In this document: positions 28,360-43,827 of the stretch, one piece after another | Layout: the number at the start of each line of letters is the position of its first letter | How positions within the stretch are numbered: position 1 is the stretch's first letter | NCBI GenBank assembly: GCA_963665295.1 | Contig: OY762209.1 | Coordinates: 2,624,001 to 2,688,000 of the forward strand | DNA from: Syntrophorhabdaceae bacterium | GTDB lineage: Bacteria > Desulfobacterota > Syntrophorhabdia > Syntrophorhabdales > Syntrophorhabdaceae | Reading direction: 5' to 3' | DNA length: 64,000 nt | Program-made: the position numbers and the translations under genes | The notes under the pieces: generated by a model | What the model saw: the letters and a program-made list of their open reading frames with translations, nothing else | Told to the model about the DNA's origin: nothing | The model's database searches: none

Positions 28360-30774
28360 TCAATATGCCTGGTTCACAGTGCTTGCCTGTTTCATCCCTC
28401 CCTTTGTGAGGGTTACCTTGATGCCTCCCGACCTGCTTTTCTTGGTGGTATTGGCTTTTACGGTATAACCCACCGACCCACTCCCTGTACCGTGACTCTC
28501 GGAGGTGATTTTGATCCACGAAGCTCCCTGGGACTGTGCGGTCCATCGGCAGTCGCCGGGCGTGACATCCACTGTGAGCGTGCCGGTTCCGCCGTCCTTG
28601 GCAAAAGATGCGGTCGAGGGAGCGAGGGAGGTGACTGCGCATGCCGTTCCCGCCTGGGTTATGGGGAACGAGAGGGGGCCTACGGAGACCCTTCCGGTCC
28701 TTTTGGACGAGGTCGGGTTATTCAACACCCCAATCTGCACTGAACCCTTCTTCCCGTCGAATGTGTAATCGGAATAAGCGATCCAATCTGCGCTTGCTGA
28801 TATGCTCGGCGCGGGACAGTCCGTCCCCGATGCTGTGATTGTTACCGGAAGGTTTCCTTTCGTACCGGTGAATTCCGCGCTCGCAGGCGAGATGACATAG
28901 GTACAGGTATTGTTTGATTGGGCCATTGCGGAGCCCGCTGCCACGAAAGTTCCTTTACCATATGTAACCGAGGAAAACCCGACCATGGACGGAAATGATG
29001 CTTGGTGATAAGGCAACTCTCTTTTCGTCCAGCCAGCCCCGTTTGACGAGGTGAGTAGGAGCGGACGGTCCGAATCTATCCCCACTGCCACGAAGACGTT
29101 GTTGCCATAAGTGACCTGAGATATAATTGCATCGGATCTTGGCATTTTGTGAGCCGACCACGTGATTCCGTCGGGAGACGTAAAGGCATAGGGCACCGAT
29201 CTTTCTCCCACAAGTGCCACGGCAGTGTAAATGCCATTCCCGTATGCGACTGTCGCAAAGTCGATTCCTTCGATAACCGGCGATATCCGAGTCCATGTTG
29301 CTCCATCGAACGAGGTAAGAATGGCGCACCGGTCTCCCACGGCCACGAAGGCACCGTTCCCGTAAACGACGCCGGTGAGATACTTCTCTGACGACTGTGC
29401 CGTCCACGTCGCGCCGTCGCGTGACGTGATGATGACGCCGTTTCCCACCCCTACAAAGGTTCCGTTACCGTACGTGACGGCATCGAGACATGCAGTAGTA
29501 TCGACCAGACTTCTTTTTTGCCACGTTACTCCATCGGGAGAGGTCGCCGTAACGCCGTACCATCCCACCCCCACAAAAGTCCCGTTGCCGTACGTGAGAG
29601 CACGGATGCCGGAAATGCCGGGCGAAATACTTTCCCACGTCACGCCGTCCGGGGAGATCGAGGTAGCGCCCGAAGGTCCCACCCCTACAAAGGTTCCATT
29701 ACCGTACGCGACCGCTTCTATCCCCACAACGGTGTACGAGCGTTCCGTCCAAGTGAATCCGTCAGGGGAGGTATAAATGCAGTGCCGCCATGGGACGTTG
29801 AGCGCGGATCGGGGTAGTGAGCCCTCCTCCCCCACTGCGACAAAAGTATTGTTGCCGTACGCGACGGCGCAAGGATAGCTATGGAAGCCTGATACGACTG
29901 CCTCAAAGGACCAGGTAATACCGTCTGCCGAGGTAATGATCCCATGGTCATGCCATGTTCCCCATTGCGCAATGAAGAGGTCATTGCAGAAGATAATATT
30001 GGACACAGACAGAGGCAGCAGGTTGGAACCTAATGATACCGTGTTCCATGAAACTCCGTCTTTCGACGTAAATACATTGGGACCATACGCAGTCACGAAA
30101 AGGCCATTTCCGTACGCGACGGTCCCAACCATCTTTCCCGTTGACTGATTTGTCCACACAGCGCCGTCAAAGGAAGTGTAGATATCACGATCGCCGGCAG
30201 CCAGAAAGATGCCGTTTCCGTAGACAAGACACTTGATGTCCGAGAGGGCGGCCGCTCTCAGTGTCCATTTTATGCCGTCAGAGGATGTAAGGCAGGAACT
30301 TCCCATTGCTACAAACGTCTCATTGCCAAAGGCAACCGCTTTGAAGTATACACGGTTGTTTGACCACCGTTTCTTCCACTTGATACCGTCCGGGGACGTA
30401 TAGATGGCATTTCCTACTGCGACGAACACATTGCGAGCGAAAATCACTGCCCGAATATTTGCACCTTTTTCCGCAGAGCTCTGGGTCCATGTGATGCCAT
30501 CACGGGAGGTGAGGACCGTATTATACACTCCCATTGCCACGAAGGTGCCGTTCCCGTATGCGATGGTACAAAGGGCATTAGGTTGTGGCAACGGACTCCT
30601 CCATTGCCAGTCATCAAGGGGAGCCGTCGAGGTCGTACGGGCAGAAAGGGCCATCTCCGCTGAAAAGGCTACACCGTGATTTGCCACCACAGAGAGCAAG
30701 AGCAAAGCGCCTAGAACAAACCATATCTCGCGCGTTTTAACAAAGGAAAATGTCCTTACCAAACCATGGTGCAT
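28360..30774 (-). CDS. Secreted beta-propeller (Asp-box repeat) protein with C-terminal BACON-like Ig domains
   Basis: Signal peptide; about 13 repeats of YGNGxFVxVG...TSxDGxTW; C-terminal WI...V..N....RTG/RSG pattern twice. Confidence 0.85.
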   Translation of the reverse strand: MHHGLVRTFSFVKTREIWFVLGALLLLSVVANHGVAFSAEMALSARTTSTAPLDDWQWRSPLPQPNALCTIAYGNGTFVAMGVYNTVLTSRDGITWTQSSAEKGANIRAVIFARNVFVAVGNAIYTSPDGIKWKKRWSNNRVYFKAVAFGNETFVAMGSSCLTSSDGIKWTLRAAALSDIKCLVYGNGIFLAAGDRDIYTSFDGAVWTNQSTGKMVGTVAYGNGLFVTAYGPNVFTSKDGVSWNTVSLGSNLLPLSVSNIIFCNDLFIAQWGTWHDHGIITSADGITWSFEAVVSGFHSYPCAVAYGNNTFVAVGEEGSLPRSALNVPWRHCIYTSPDGFTWTERSYTVVGIEAVAYGNGTFVGVGPSGATSISPDGVTWESISPGISGIRALTYGNGTFVGVGWYGVTATSPDGVTWQKRSLVDTTACLDAVTYGNGTFVGVGNGVIITSRDGATWTAQSSEKYLTGVVYGNGAFVAVGDRCAILTSFDGATWTRISPVIEGIDFATVAYGNGIYTAVALVGERSVPYAFTSPDGITWSAHKMPRSDAIISQVTYGNNVFVAVGIDSDRPLLLTSSNGAGWTKRELPYHQASFPSMVGFSSVTYGKGTFVAAGSAMAQSNNTCTYVISPASAEFTGTKGNLPVTITASGTDCPAPSISASADWIAYSDYTFDGKKGSVQIGVLNNPTSSKRTGRVSVGPLSFPITQAGTACAVTSLAPSTASFAKDGGTGTLTVDVTPGDCRWTAQSQGASWIKITSESHGTGSGSVGYTVKANTTKKSRSGGIKVTLTKGGMKQASTVNQAY

Positions 30775-31150
30775 GGAATCCCCCTAAATGCTAGGCTCGT
30801 GTCGGTATTACTCTTACAAAAGCTGACCAAAGAAGAGCATTTTCAATAATACTATCAAAGCCAACAAGTACAAATCAAACTAATTTTGACGGCCCCATGT
30901 CTTTCTGTTGAAGGTCACTGTATGACCGGTAAGAAGACGGGCCATGACGGTGTGTGGGGGGCATCAGGCGGAGAGGGGCGTGTCAAGGGTTATTTACTTA
31001 TTTACGGTCGTCCCCCAGGTGTCCCTATTTACGGTCGTAACAGTTTAGTCCCCCCGGAACTTTTTCCAGCAAAATATTATGTCTAATTTCCACAAAACCT
31101 TTGATTTCCTTGTTCCATGATGGTATTATAATAGAAGTACTACTACTCAT

Positions 31151-31441
31151 GTGGAGGGTTCAATGGAACAAATCGATCTTCTTAAAAGGCAGCGGGAGAG
31201 ACTTAAGGAGGACATTGTCGCACAGCTGGATTTCTTCCTTATCGGGACGGTGGCCAAGTCCCCTTCCATGACGGGCCACTCCCTTACCACAAAAGTGAAG
31301 GGGAAGACCGTAACCGTGTATGTGAGAAAACAGATTGCCGAGAAGGCGAAGGAGATGACGAAGCGGTACAAGATGATGTGGCTTCTCATACAGAAGCTTT
31401 CTAAGATCAACTGGGAGATACTGAAACAGGAGAGCGAGTGA
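31151..31441 (+). CDS. IS accessory protein (DUF6788-like)
   Basis: GTV...LTTKVKGKTVTVYV; overlaps the transposase start (GTGA). Confidence 0.7.
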   Translation: MEGSMEQIDLLKRQRERLKEDIVAQLDFFLIGTVAKSPSMTGHSLTTKVKGKTVTVYVRKQIAEKAKEMTKRYKMMWLLIQKLSKINWEILKQESE

Positions 31442-32958
31442 AGAGGGTCTATCCTCCATACGGCTACGATTGTCTTTATAAGGACAATTGCCCCCATCTT
31501 AACTTTCTCTCCACCCTATGGGTCTTTGGAGAATATGAGCGGGCCCATGAGGTGTACGAAGAGCATCTTCGGATTATCGATGTGTTCCGGGACAGGCTGG
31601 ATGACACCATGAAGCGTATCCGTCTTTTAGAGAAGGAGAACGAGGAACTGAAGGCGAAGAATACCGCATTGCATCGAAGACAGTTCAAGGCGAACAAAAA
31701 ACCGGAGCATGCGGTCTCTTTGGCAGGGAGGAAGCGCGGCGCTCCGGTCGGACACCCCGGGTGGTTCAGGCCCGAGCCTGCCCGCGTGGATGCGACGGTT
31801 CACGTGCCCGCTCCCGATCGATGCCCCCATTGCGGGTCAGGCCCTCTTGTCCCCGGGGAAGGGATCCGTGAGCATGTGCAGGAAGACATTGTCATAAGAC
31901 CCCGCACGGTGGTGAGACGGTATGTGCATAAGGAAGCATACTGTAGCCGTTGCGGGCGTTCTGTGGTGAAGGCGGCTCCCGACGAACTTCCGAATGCTCC
32001 TATCGGACCGGTTACGAAATCCGTTGCCTTATACTTGCGGTACAGGATAGGTATGAGCTATCGAAAGGTAGAGGAAGTTATGAGGGAGATCTTCGGCCTT
32101 GCCTTTGTCCCTGCTTCGGCAGTGGGGTTTGACAGGGCTGCGGCGAAAAGGGGGACACCTCTTTATGAAGACCTCCGGGAGAAGATACGCGCCTCGGAAA
32201 TAGTTCATGCCGATGAGACATCATGGAGGAACGACGGGACCGGTCATTACGCGTGGTATGCGGGAAACGCCGATCTTGCCCTCTTCCATATCGACCGGCA
32301 CCGCTCGACAGACGTGGCTCAACATCTTCTCGGGGACAACTTCGACGGGGTGCTCATCACCGACCGCTATGCCGCGTATAACGGAGTTCATGCGAGAGAA
32401 AGGCAGACATGCCTTGCCCACCTTATCACCAGGGCCAGGGAGTTGACCCGGGAGCTCGTCCTCATGGAGACAAGAGATACAAAAGCGGAGGCGTTCTGTG
32501 ATGCGGTCGGGAGGCTCTTCTCGGATGCCTGCGCCGCGGGCGGGGATCTTCTTAAGGGAAAGAGAGAGTGGGGAGATGCTCCCCGCATCGAGAAGCAATT
32601 GAGAGCAACCCTCGGGAAGATATGTGCAAAGCCCCTCAAGTATAAGCCGGCGGAAGGGCTCCGTACCTTCCTTACCGGCAAAGACCGGAAGTTTCTCTTC
32701 ACGTTCCTTCGCTATCCGGGAGTACCACCTACCAACAACCAGGCAGAACAGTCGATCCGCTTCCTGGTGATCATGAGGAAGCTCATGTTCGGTACGCGGT
32801 CGGCAACGGGACTGAAGACCCACAGTATCCTGCCGAGTCTCATCATTACTTCCATGAGGCAAGGGAACGATCCACGGAAGTTCCTGGAGACGCTTCTGGT
32901 GTCGGATACCATGACGGCACAGGCGGCACTGTATCGCAATGGGGCGAGGGCTCCGTGA
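31438..32958 (+). CDS. tnpC: IS66 DDE transposase TnpC
   Basis: Coiled coil, GAPVGHPG, CPHCG...CSRCG, HADETSW, TDRYAAY, CLAHL, PTNNQAEQSIR. Confidence 0.93.
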   Translation: MKRVYPPYGYDCLYKDNCPHLNFLSTLWVFGEYERAHEVYEEHLRIIDVFRDRLDDTMKRIRLLEKENEELKAKNTALHRRQFKANKKPEHAVSLAGRKRGAPVGHPGWFRPEPARVDATVHVPAPDRCPHCGSGPLVPGEGIREHVQEDIVIRPRTVVRRYVHKEAYCSRCGRSVVKAAPDELPNAPIGPVTKSVALYLRYRIGMSYRKVEEVMREIFGLAFVPASAVGFDRAAAKRGTPLYEDLREKIRASEIVHADETSWRNDGTGHYAWYAGNADLALFHIDRHRSTDVAQHLLGDNFDGVLITDRYAAYNGVHARERQTCLAHLITRARELTRELVLMETRDTKAEAFCDAVGRLFSDACAAGGDLLKGKREWGDAPRIEKQLRATLGKICAKPLKYKPAEGLRTFLTGKDRKFLFTFLRYPGVPPTNNQAEQSIRFLVIMRKLMFGTRSATGLKTHSILPSLIITSMRQGNDPRKFLETLLVSDTMTAQAALYRNGARAP

Positions 32959-33098
32959 GGGGGACTAAACTGTTACTTACGGTCGTAACAGTTTAGTCCT
33001 CTCGGAACTTTTTCCAGCAAAATATTATGTCTAATTTGCACAACACCTTTGATTCCCTTGTTCCATGATGGTATTATAATAGAAGTACTACTACTCAT

Positions 33099-33389
33099 GT
33101 GGAGGGTTCAATGGAACAAATCGATCTTCTTAAAAGGCAGCGGGAGAGACTTAAGGAGGACATTGTCGCACAGCTGGATTTCTTCCTTATCGGGACGGTG
33201 GCCAAGTCCCCTTCCATGACGGGCCACTCCCTTACCACAAAAGTGAAGGGGAAGACCGTAACCGTGTATGTGAGAAAACAGATTGCCGAGAAGGCGAAGG
33301 AGATGACGAAGCGGTACAAGATGATGTGGCTTCTCATACAGAAGCTTTCTAAGATCAACTGGGAGATACTGAAACAGGAGAGCGAGTGA
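33099..33389 (+). CDS. IS accessory protein (DUF6788-like)
   Basis: Identical protein to 31151-31441. Confidence 0.7.
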   Translation: MEGSMEQIDLLKRQRERLKEDIVAQLDFFLIGTVAKSPSMTGHSLTTKVKGKTVTVYVRKQIAEKAKEMTKRYKMMWLLIQKLSKINWEILKQESE

Positions 33390-34906
33390 AGAGGGTCTAT
33401 CCTCCATACGGCTACGATTGTCTTTATAAGGACAATTGCCCCCATCTTAACTTTCTCTCCACCCTATGGGTCTTTGGAGAATATGAGCGGGCCCATGAGG
33501 TGTACGAAGAGCATCTTCGGATTATCGATGTGTTCCGGGACAGGCTGGATGACACCATGAAGCGTATCCGTCTTTTAGAGAAGGAGAACGAGGAACTGAA
33601 GGCGAAGAATACCGCATTGCATCGAAGACAGTTCAAGGCGAACAAAAAACCGGAGCATGCGGTCTCTTTGGCAGGGAGGAAGCGCGGCGCTCCGGTCGGA
33701 CACCCCGGGTGGTTCAGGCCCGAGCCTGCCCGCGTGGATGCGACGGTTCACGTGCCCGCTCCCGATCGATGCCCCCATTGCGGGTCAGGCCCTCTTGTCC
33801 CCGGGGAAGGGATCCGTGAGCATGTGCAGGAAGACATTGTCATAAGACCCCGCACGGTGGTGAGACGGTATGTGCATAAGGAAGCATACTGTAGCCGTTG
33901 CGGGCGTTCTGTGGTGAAGGCGGCTCCCGACGAACTTCCGAATGCTCCTATCGGACCGGTTACGAAATCCGTTGCCTTATACTTGCGGTACAGGATAGGT
34001 ATGAGCTATCGAAAGGTAGAGGAAGTTATGAGGGAGATCTTCGGCCTTGCCTTTGTCCCTGCTTCGGCAGTGGGGTTTGACAGGGCTGCGGCGAAAAGGG
34101 GGGCGCCTCTTTATGAAGACCTCCGGGAGAAGATACGCGCCTCGGAAATAGTTCATGCCGATGAGACATCATGGAGGAACGACGGGACCGGTCATTACGC
34201 GTGGTATGCGGGAAACGCCGATCTTGCCCTCTTCCATATCGACCGGCACCGCTCGACAGACGTGGCTCAACATCTTCTCGGGGACAACTTCGACGGGGTG
34301 CTCATCACCGACCGCTATGCCGCGTATAACGGAGTTCATGCGAGAGAAAGGCAGACATGCCTTGCCCACCTTATCACCAGGGCCAGGGAGTTGACCCGGG
34401 AGCTCGTCCTCATGGAGACAAGAGATACAAAAGCGGAGGCGTTCTGTGATGCGGTCGGGAGGCTCTTCTCGGATGCCTGCGCCGCGGGCGGGGATCTTCT
34501 TAAGGGAAAGAGAGAGTGGGGAGATGCTCCCCGCATCGAGAAGCAATTGAGAGCAACCCTCGGGAAGATATGTGCAAAGCCCCTCAAGTATAAGCCGGCG
34601 GAAGGGCTCCGTACCTTCCTTACCGGCAAAGACCGGAAGTTTCTCTTCACGTTCCTTCGCTATCCGGGAGTACCACCTACCAACAACCAGGCAGAACAGT
34701 CGATCCGCTTCCTGGTGATCATGAGGAAGCTCATGTTCGGTACGCGGTCGGCAACGGGACTGAAGACCCACAGTATCCTGCCGAGTCTCATCATTACTTC
34801 CATGAGGCAAGGGAACGATCCACGGAAGTTCCTGGAGACGCTCCTGGTGTCGGATACCATGACGGCACAGGCGGCACTGTATCGCAATGGGGCGAGGGCT
34901 CCGTGA
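33386..34906 (+). CDS. tnpC: IS66 DDE transposase TnpC
   Basis: One visible amino-acid difference from copy 1 (RGAPL vs RGTPL). Confidence 0.93.
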   Translation: MKRVYPPYGYDCLYKDNCPHLNFLSTLWVFGEYERAHEVYEEHLRIIDVFRDRLDDTMKRIRLLEKENEELKAKNTALHRRQFKANKKPEHAVSLAGRKRGAPVGHPGWFRPEPARVDATVHVPAPDRCPHCGSGPLVPGEGIREHVQEDIVIRPRTVVRRYVHKEAYCSRCGRSVVKAAPDELPNAPIGPVTKSVALYLRYRIGMSYRKVEEVMREIFGLAFVPASAVGFDRAAAKRGAPLYEDLREKIRASEIVHADETSWRNDGTGHYAWYAGNADLALFHIDRHRSTDVAQHLLGDNFDGVLITDRYAAYNGVHARERQTCLAHLITRARELTRELVLMETRDTKAEAFCDAVGRLFSDACAAGGDLLKGKREWGDAPRIEKQLRATLGKICAKPLKYKPAEGLRTFLTGKDRKFLFTFLRYPGVPPTNNQAEQSIRFLVIMRKLMFGTRSATGLKTHSILPSLIITSMRQGNDPRKFLETLLVSDTMTAQAALYRNGARAP

Positions 34907-34924
34907 GGGGGACTAAACTGTTAC

Positions 34925-35026
34925 GCCAGTGGAAGGTCATCCATTATACTTGCCCCGGACGGGATCATTATGCTTGATCCGTCTGTCCAACGGTGGGATT
35001 ATATCGAGCACTATAGGCAATATTGA
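34925..35026 (+). pseudogene. Truncated C-terminal tip of a paralogous RHS toxin
   Basis: Manual translation ASGRSSIILAPDGIIMLDPSVQRWDYIEHYRQY* aligns with the RHS end KGPGVIYGKDGITVMDPNVKRWNWIVTFDYY*. Confidence 0.8.
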
Positions 35027-35049
35027 TTTCCACGAAACGAGGAGGAATT

Positions 35050-35502
35050 ATGAGACTGCTTGCGACAATTATTGTCCTTGGTATTCTCTTGCCGGGAGTA
35101 CAAATTTACGCAAAGGACACGACAGAAGGGAAGCCATCCTCTGCGATCGGTCCTATTCGGCAGGTATCAATAATCCGACTTATTGCGGCGCCAGAGCAAT
35201 ATGATAAGAGTGTGGTGCGTGTACTGGGGTTCTTTCATCTGGAATTCGAGGGAAGTGCGCTATATTTGCACAGAGAAGATTACGAGAATATGCTATCGAA
35301 TAACTCCGTCCCGCTGGACATTCCAAGAAACCAGGGGTTTGAGCAATACGAGGGGCGGTACGTTATGATTCAGGGTGTATTCAAGAGATGTGATGACACC
35401 AAGAACAACTGTATGTTCAGCGGGATGTTAACACAGATAGAACGCATAGTGATATGGCCGAAAAGACCGAGTACAACGAGTCGGGGGACATTGGGGGACT
35501 AA
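35050..35502 (+). CDS. Exported putative immunity protein, orphan copy
   Basis: SD GAGGAGG; signal peptide; paralog of 35594-36031 (VSIIRLIA.PE.Y...LEFEG..LYLHREDYE). Confidence 0.75.
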   Translation: MRLLATIIVLGILLPGVQIYAKDTTEGKPSSAIGPIRQVSIIRLIAAPEQYDKSVVRVLGFFHLEFEGSALYLHREDYENMLSNNSVPLDIPRNQGFEQYEGRYVMIQGVFKRCDDTKNNCMFSGMLTQIERIVIWPKRPSTTSRGTLGD

Positions 35503-35591
35503 ACTGTTACCCGACACGAAGACCGCACAGAGGGCTCTGTATCGCAATTCAAGTTGATGAGTTGGTCGGAGGTGGAGGACTAAACTGTTAC
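35493..35591 (+). mobile_element. Two extra IS66 right ends with a tnpC 3' remnant between them
   Basis: gggggactaaactgttac 35493-35510; ggaggactaaactgttac 35574-35591; spacer encodes DTKTAQRALYRNSS* versus TnpC end DTMTAQAALYRNGARAP*. Confidence 0.85.
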
Positions 35592-35593
35592 CG

Positions 35594-36031
35594 TTATCTC
35601 CGCGGTTCGTCAAGTGATTTATTAGGCCTGAGAGGCCAAAAGTCTAGACGACTGTCTATATCACTTAGATGGCCGCTGAATACGCAGACGAGCTTTGTCT
35701 CGTCGCAACGGAAAAAAACACCGGAAAGAACGACATATTGACGATCATATTTCTTGAACGGCTTTCTTTGCGATTCCGACAACGAAAGATGGATGCCATT
35801 AGCGGTAAGACTTCTTTCATAGTCTTCCCTATGAAGATACAAGGTGTCACCTTCAAATTCCAACCTGAGAAACCCCCACACCACGACCCTCTTTCCATGA
35901 TATTTTTCGGGCGACGCAATGAGGCGAATTATAGAAACGTTGTACGCGATTTCGTCCGGTCTCTGATCGGCAGCGGCGCAATACCCCGCCGATACAATCA
36001 GTAGAATAGCGATAAGACAAACGGACCTCAT
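35594..36031 (-). CDS. Exported putative cognate immunity protein of the RHS toxin
   Basis: Directly downstream of the RHS stop with SD AGGAGG; signal peptide. Confidence 0.75.
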   Translation of the reverse strand: MRSVCLIAILLIVSAGYCAAADQRPDEIAYNVSIIRLIASPEKYHGKRVVVWGFLRLEFEGDTLYLHREDYERSLTANGIHLSLSESQRKPFKKYDRQYVVLSGVFFRCDETKLVCVFSGHLSDIDSRLDFWPLRPNKSLDEPRR

Positions 36032-36049
36032 AAACAATCCTCCTTCGAC

Positions 36050-42601
<6,552 letters not shown>

Positions 42602-42735
42602 GGGGATATTCCTCCTGTGTCGGAATGGGTGACGCTCTATGTGCAAGGGTGCTTCCCCCCGGAAAGCAGAAAGCGGGAGACAAAACGATGTGGACCTCTC
42701 TCGTTCCGTCGCCGTGCTTATATCGCGTATATTCT

Positions 42736-42766
42736 ACGATAGAAGATTTCGGGGGGGGGGTGTCAA
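42736..42766 (-). promoter_or_regulatory. Predicted sigma-70 promoter of the RHS gene with a C10 tract in the spacer
   Basis: Minus strand TTGACA-cccccccccc-gaaatcttc-TATCGT (19-nt spacer). Confidence 0.55.
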
Positions 42767-43149
42767 GCTCTTTTGTGAATAATTGTACTTATTATGGTCG
42801 TACCGTAGATAAACGGGGAGTTTTACGGATAGGGAATGGATTTATCGACAAGCTCCCCACGGGGCAGGCGTTTCGCGGGGCGGGATGAAATGCGGGACGC
42901 GGCCGGCGCACTATCTTATGGGGAATGCCGATCTCTTTAACATCCTCCTCCCCGGGGTTTTCGTGCCGGTCGCCCTTTTCGCATGAGCGCGCGAGGTGAT
43001 GTGGTCACGCGCGTGAAGGCGGGTCGGGAGGAAATCGAAGTGTAAGCCGGGAAAGTCCATTGCAGTTTTGCAAAGCCTGTGTTATCAAAAGGTATGGGGT
43101 GCGATAGAAGAGGGGGGCCACATCACGACGCGGCCCGGTGGGGTGGCTC

Positions 43150-43827
43150 TTGAAGATCCTTATTGTGGAGGACGAAAAGAAACTGGCGGAATTCGTGCGC
43201 AAGGGACTTCAGGAAGAGGGCTATGTGGTGGATACGGTGGACAACGGAGAAGACGGCCTGAGGCTGGCCGGGGACGATGTCTATGATCTCGTGATCCTCG
43301 ATATCTACCTGCCGAAGCTCGACGGCCTCGAAGTGCTCCGGAGGCTGAGAGAAGACAAGGTGACGACCCCGGTCCTGCTGCTCACGGTGAGGGCCACCAT
43401 CGAGGATAAGGTCCTCGGGCTCAACCTGGGGGCGGACGACTATCTTACCAAGCCCTTTGCCTTCCAGGAGCTTCTTGCGAGGGTGAGGGCGCTCCTCAGG
43501 CGGCGGACCGAAAATCACGCGACCCGGATAGAGGTGCGGGACCTCGTTCTGGACCCTGTGCGGCGGACCGTGACGAGGGCGGGCAGGAAGATCGACCTCA
43601 CCATGAAGGAATTCTCTCTCCTCGAATACCTGATGCGCAACGCGGGGCGCGTTCTCACCAGAACCATGATTATCGACCATGTCTGGAATTATGATTTCGA
43701 CAGCGAGACGAACGTGGTCGATGTGTACGTGAACTACCTGAGGAGGAAAGTCGACTCGGGTCATGATACCAAGCTGATCCATACCATACGCGGCGTGGGG
43801 TATATGATGAACCCGGAGAGTCCATGA
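43150..43827 (+). CDS. OmpR/CusR-family response regulator
   Basis: ILIVEDE, ILDIYLP, GADDYLTKPF, HTIRGVGY. Confidence 0.94.
   Translation: MKILIVEDEKKLAEFVRKGLQEEGYVVDTVDNGEDGLRLAGDDVYDLVILDIYLPKLDGLEVLRRLREDKVTTPVLLLTVRATIEDKVLGLNLGADDYLTKPFAFQELLARVRALLRRRTENHATRIEVRDLVLDPVRRTVTRAGRKIDLTMKEFSLLEYLMRNAGRVLTRTMIIDHVWNYDFDSETNVVDVYVNYLRRKVDSGHDTKLIHTIRGVGYMMNPESP

Larger units (their letters stand above)
31037..32976 (+). mobile_element. IS66-family element, copy 1 (1940 bp)
   Basis: IRs gtaacagtttagtccccc and gggggactaaactgttac; 8-bp direct repeat ttacggtc at 31029-31036 and 32977-32984. Confidence 0.93.
32985..34924 (+). mobile_element. IS66-family element, copy 2 (1940 bp)
   Basis: Near-identical to copy 1 with a few substitutions; same IRs; no matching target duplication on its right. 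Confidence 0.93.

Noticed and set aside
27687..28642. Small ORFs between the RT and the propeller gene as accessory proteins
   Set aside because: No SD or recognisable domain, and they overlap hairpins or the neighbouring CDS.
27700..30774. Diversity-generating retroelement targeting the propeller or RHS gene
   Set aside because: No TR/VR pair with adenine-specific differences was seen, there is no avd-like ORF, and the RT has TP rather than SQ. A target outside the window cannot be excluded.
31037..34924. Assembly-duplicated IS
   Set aside because: The copies differ at several positions and copy 1 has its own 8-bp target duplication.
34907..35591. CRISPR-like repeats (ggactaaactgttac, three times)
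   Set aside because: They are IS66 terminal IRs with irregular spacing, and no cas genes are present.
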